Origin: Phoronis australis
Lineage: Eukaryota; Animalia; Phoronida
Direction of reading: 5' to 3'
Length of the DNA: 64,000 nt
Assembly: GCA_002633005.1 (NCBI GenBank)
Contig: NMRA01000028.1
Span: forward strand, 1 to 64,000
Positions 60,801 to 64,000 of this stretch are shown piece after piece (the stretch's first letter is position 1; every line of letters begins with the position of its first letter). The notes beneath the pieces were generated by a model. The model saw nothing but the letters and a program-made list of their open reading frames with translations. It made no database searches and was not told the origin of the DNA. A program made the translations under genes and the position numbers.

Positions 60801-63800
60801 GTGTGAGGCCATGAAACTTCTCCGTGTCTGTCAGTGACCTGCAGTCGTCGGATCGGTTGTTGATCAATTTTTGATTATGGAGAATTGTAATTAGCCATGA
60901 AAACAAAAACAGTTACAATTAGTTCAAGGCATGAGAACATAATGTTATGTTTGATGACTGACTCGTTCGTCAGGCTTCAGTTTGGTCCTCTGGGTGTAGG
61001 ATGTTTTCGCCACTTCTTTTTCTCATCCCTAAAAAAGCGTCAGCAACTCTAGTTTGCAATTACGTGTACGTTACGTTGAGAATTTACTGCAATAAAATGC
61101 TCTAAATGTTATGCAGATTGAACTGCGAATCCAGCCAGTCTGTATTTCAATGTGACTACGTCATTACGTCAGCTGTTATAAACTCGCCTTACCTCAAATA
61201 AACCAACTATTTACCCATTAGCTTCCTGGCCGGAAAGAACTTACAGTTTCCTTATAGCTGGAGACCCAATTTGCAACAAGTTGACTTCAAAGTTGACTCA
61301 GCATCAATTGTTCCTAAGACCAGAAACCTCTTCTCGTCTGAATAAATTAACTTGGTCAAAGCAGTTTTGTAGCGGAAAGTGTTGTAAAGCGAGATTTAGT
61401 TTATTATTGATAAAATTGTTTGGTTTTATAGCACCTTTAATTACAGTTTATTTAAGTCCACATCCATCGGATTTTCAGTATGAAACTAAGAAATATAGCA
61501 GTGGGCAAACATTTTACCATGAAGAAATCACATTTATCTGAGCAGTGTGCAGTAGGCGAAATGAATATTCGTTAGAGGGATAATGTGGTGAGCCTGAGTA
61601 AGTAATGCCATTCGTTTGACTTGGAACATTCGTCAAAATCTGCTACAAGGTTATATGCCATGTCATCAATTTTGATTGATTTTTGATTTTCTGAAGAAAA
61701 CATACAGGCCTGCGTGCGTGGATGCAATGGCCTTGACTCAGTGGCAGAACCACCAAAACAAACAACATAAGTGATTAAATACCGCTAAATATTCGCATTT
61801 AAACAGGGGGTTAGAACGAATCCAGGGCCACGCTTCCAGATTCCAGCTACGAGTTCCCATACCTCAGTGTTGGATTATCAGGCACCAACCCATGACACAA
61901 ATCCACACTTGCCCCCCCCCTGAAACTCTACACACTCTCCGCCAAACTTCATACGTAGAGTTCAGATTCGTCATTTCGATCCTGACCCACAGTTCGGGTT
62001 CAAAGTTTGGTCACTGGACATGGAGTTTTGGGACGCGTGTGGAATTTGTACTGCTGAGTTCATGTTTGCAGCTGAGGCTTAAGCGATCGAAGTTGGATTT
62101 TAATGGAACAGTCATGGAATTAACTACGTGTTATAATACAATTGGACATGGCCTCCATGAGGCCAGGGAGCTAAATGAAAACAAAAATACGCCAGATGCA
62201 CAGAACTTGATTCTGAACAGGTAAAATTACCACGTGAGAGCTTCAACATACATGTAAGTTGATGCAACTAATAACACTAAAAATGAACTTTGCAAAGGTG
62301 ACTAACATTTAGGTCTGACTTTTGCAAACTGGAAACTTATCATGTACAACCTGAGATTGTAAGATAAATAAACACATTGCAACAGAAATGTTAAAATCAA
62401 GCACAACTACAAGCAAAGTAGATAAATGCGAATCGGTGACAACCCCTATATGGCAAAAGTACATTCGGGTAAGGTTATTTTAGATACTGTCCTTGTCGAA
62501 GGCCAGTACATCGTTACTGTAGAATCTTGTTAATTGCGTATTAGTTGTGATAAAGACGGTAAAAGTCCTGAATAAAAAAATAACATTTTCTTCACTGCAA
62601 TATTATGCTGTCGATGGAAAACCAAAGTACCTCCAAATCGTATACTACTTTATGAAATGAACAGGTTCAACTCACAATGCTATAATATCTAACTGACTTT
62701 GAAATGATAAAAAACTCATCGCTAATAGACTATCAATTTATTCTGGCACAACGCAATAACAGATTGTTGAATAAATGTCTAGTCGACGTTAATATGACAT
62801 GCTAAATGTATTAAAACTCCGAAACGTGTAATCACAAATTCCCAAATTATGAAAAACACTACTGGCATGAGTTATAGACTATTTCATATATCAGCCTTGT
62901 AATTAACTGTGTATTGTCTGCACTAATTTGAATTATAACTTCACTAAACAAACGGACCCTATGTAACTTGATTCATGGTTAACACTGCGTTCAAAATATA
63001 CTGGGCATAAACAAACAATTTCTTCAATCTATACTTCATAGAATGCTTAGACTACAAAACTAGTATAACACTGTATAAAATAAAGTACTCACTTCGGGAA
63101 GAACTCCTATAAAACAGTTTAGTTTTTCCGTAGTTTAAACTTAACTGATGCTGTTGTCACCATCTTGAATTTAACACCGACCATCAAAACAATGGAAAAT
63201 GGTTGCCAAAACGAAGGGGCAGTGAATCTTCTGCCACGTGTACTTCAACAACTGAATGCCTTATAAATGTATTACTGACAGTCCATTGTAATGACAGGTT
63301 TGCTATTTATTTTTAAACTTCAGGCAAACACTAGACGATATTGTCAATGTGTTTTAGTGTTGTTTTTTTACCAGTTAGTTTTTCTAAAACCTGAGTTTTA
63401 TTAAGATTCCCGTGAGTAATTAAATAGACAAAATGAGTATTTATTTTAGAGGCGTACAGTCAGGACCGGATCAATGTTCCTCGTGACCCCCAAGCTAGAA
63501 GAAGTCTGGGGCCTCATATTACAAAGTAGAAATGCCCAGTTACCTGAGATGCAACTAGCTCAACTAGGTTCCCTGCCCCTACTAAATCTGCCTATAGGTA
63601 CACCCCTTTGCCTTTGAGGGGGACTGGCTTCCATTCATAATATACTGTCTTATAATAACATAAAGGCGCCAGAACCGGTCCGGTAGGTCTAACGTCCTCC
63701 AGACCAATGTTTTCTGTAAAATATGTCAAAAAATAACCAAATCGGAGTTGAATTCTCAAACTTATCTGGGGAGGCCACCAGAACCCCCACAGGAGGCCCG

Positions 63801-64000
63801 GGGAGCACCCTCCTGTACCCTTCTCGTTGCAGAGTTCACTCGACTTGAGCGCCTGTGCATTTCTCGATCTGTCAAATTCGATGAGGAATTTCTCCAAGTA
63901 CTAGTTTCATTTATTTCTAAGCGTAATCACGAGGGAAACAACCTCATTGTTAAAATTCGTTAAAAAAACGGCCTCGCTAAGGCAAGGTTCTCTTCGAAGC

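Overview
Eukaryotic genomic DNA, AT-rich, with spliceosomal GT-AG introns. The gene and repeat content suggest a marine invertebrate, probably a lophotrochozoan (inference). Two protein-coding genes are well supported. The first is a complete 13-exon PCID2 gene (+ strand, 19780-35698; exons sum to 1200 nt = 399 aa + stop), reconstructed by hand from splice sites and phases. The second is an intronless 840-aa class-B-like GPCR with a somatomedin-B-like N-terminus and a Methuselah-like stalk (+ strand, 55000-57522). The rest is mostly repetitive: a degenerate ~2-kb tandem array (~1.5-16.2 kb); several DINE-1/HINE-type (Helentron-associated) elements whose internal repeats carry CTCF-like motifs about every 150 bp; an IS3EU-type element with a 6-bp TSD; a 3-kb CAC...GTG element with a 5-bp TSD (Transib/RAG-like signature); LINE, Tc1 and THAP/Kolobok fragments; minisatellites; and a 175-nt assembly gap. 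The most interesting items are the Transib/RAG-like element (decayed RAG1-N-like motifs plus a convergent C2H2 zinc-finger remnant), the CTCF-like motif arrays, and a tandem duplication of the PCID2 exon 12 acceptor that creates an in-frame, stop-containing alternative 3' splice site. Family assignments come from motif recognition by eye; no database searches were run.
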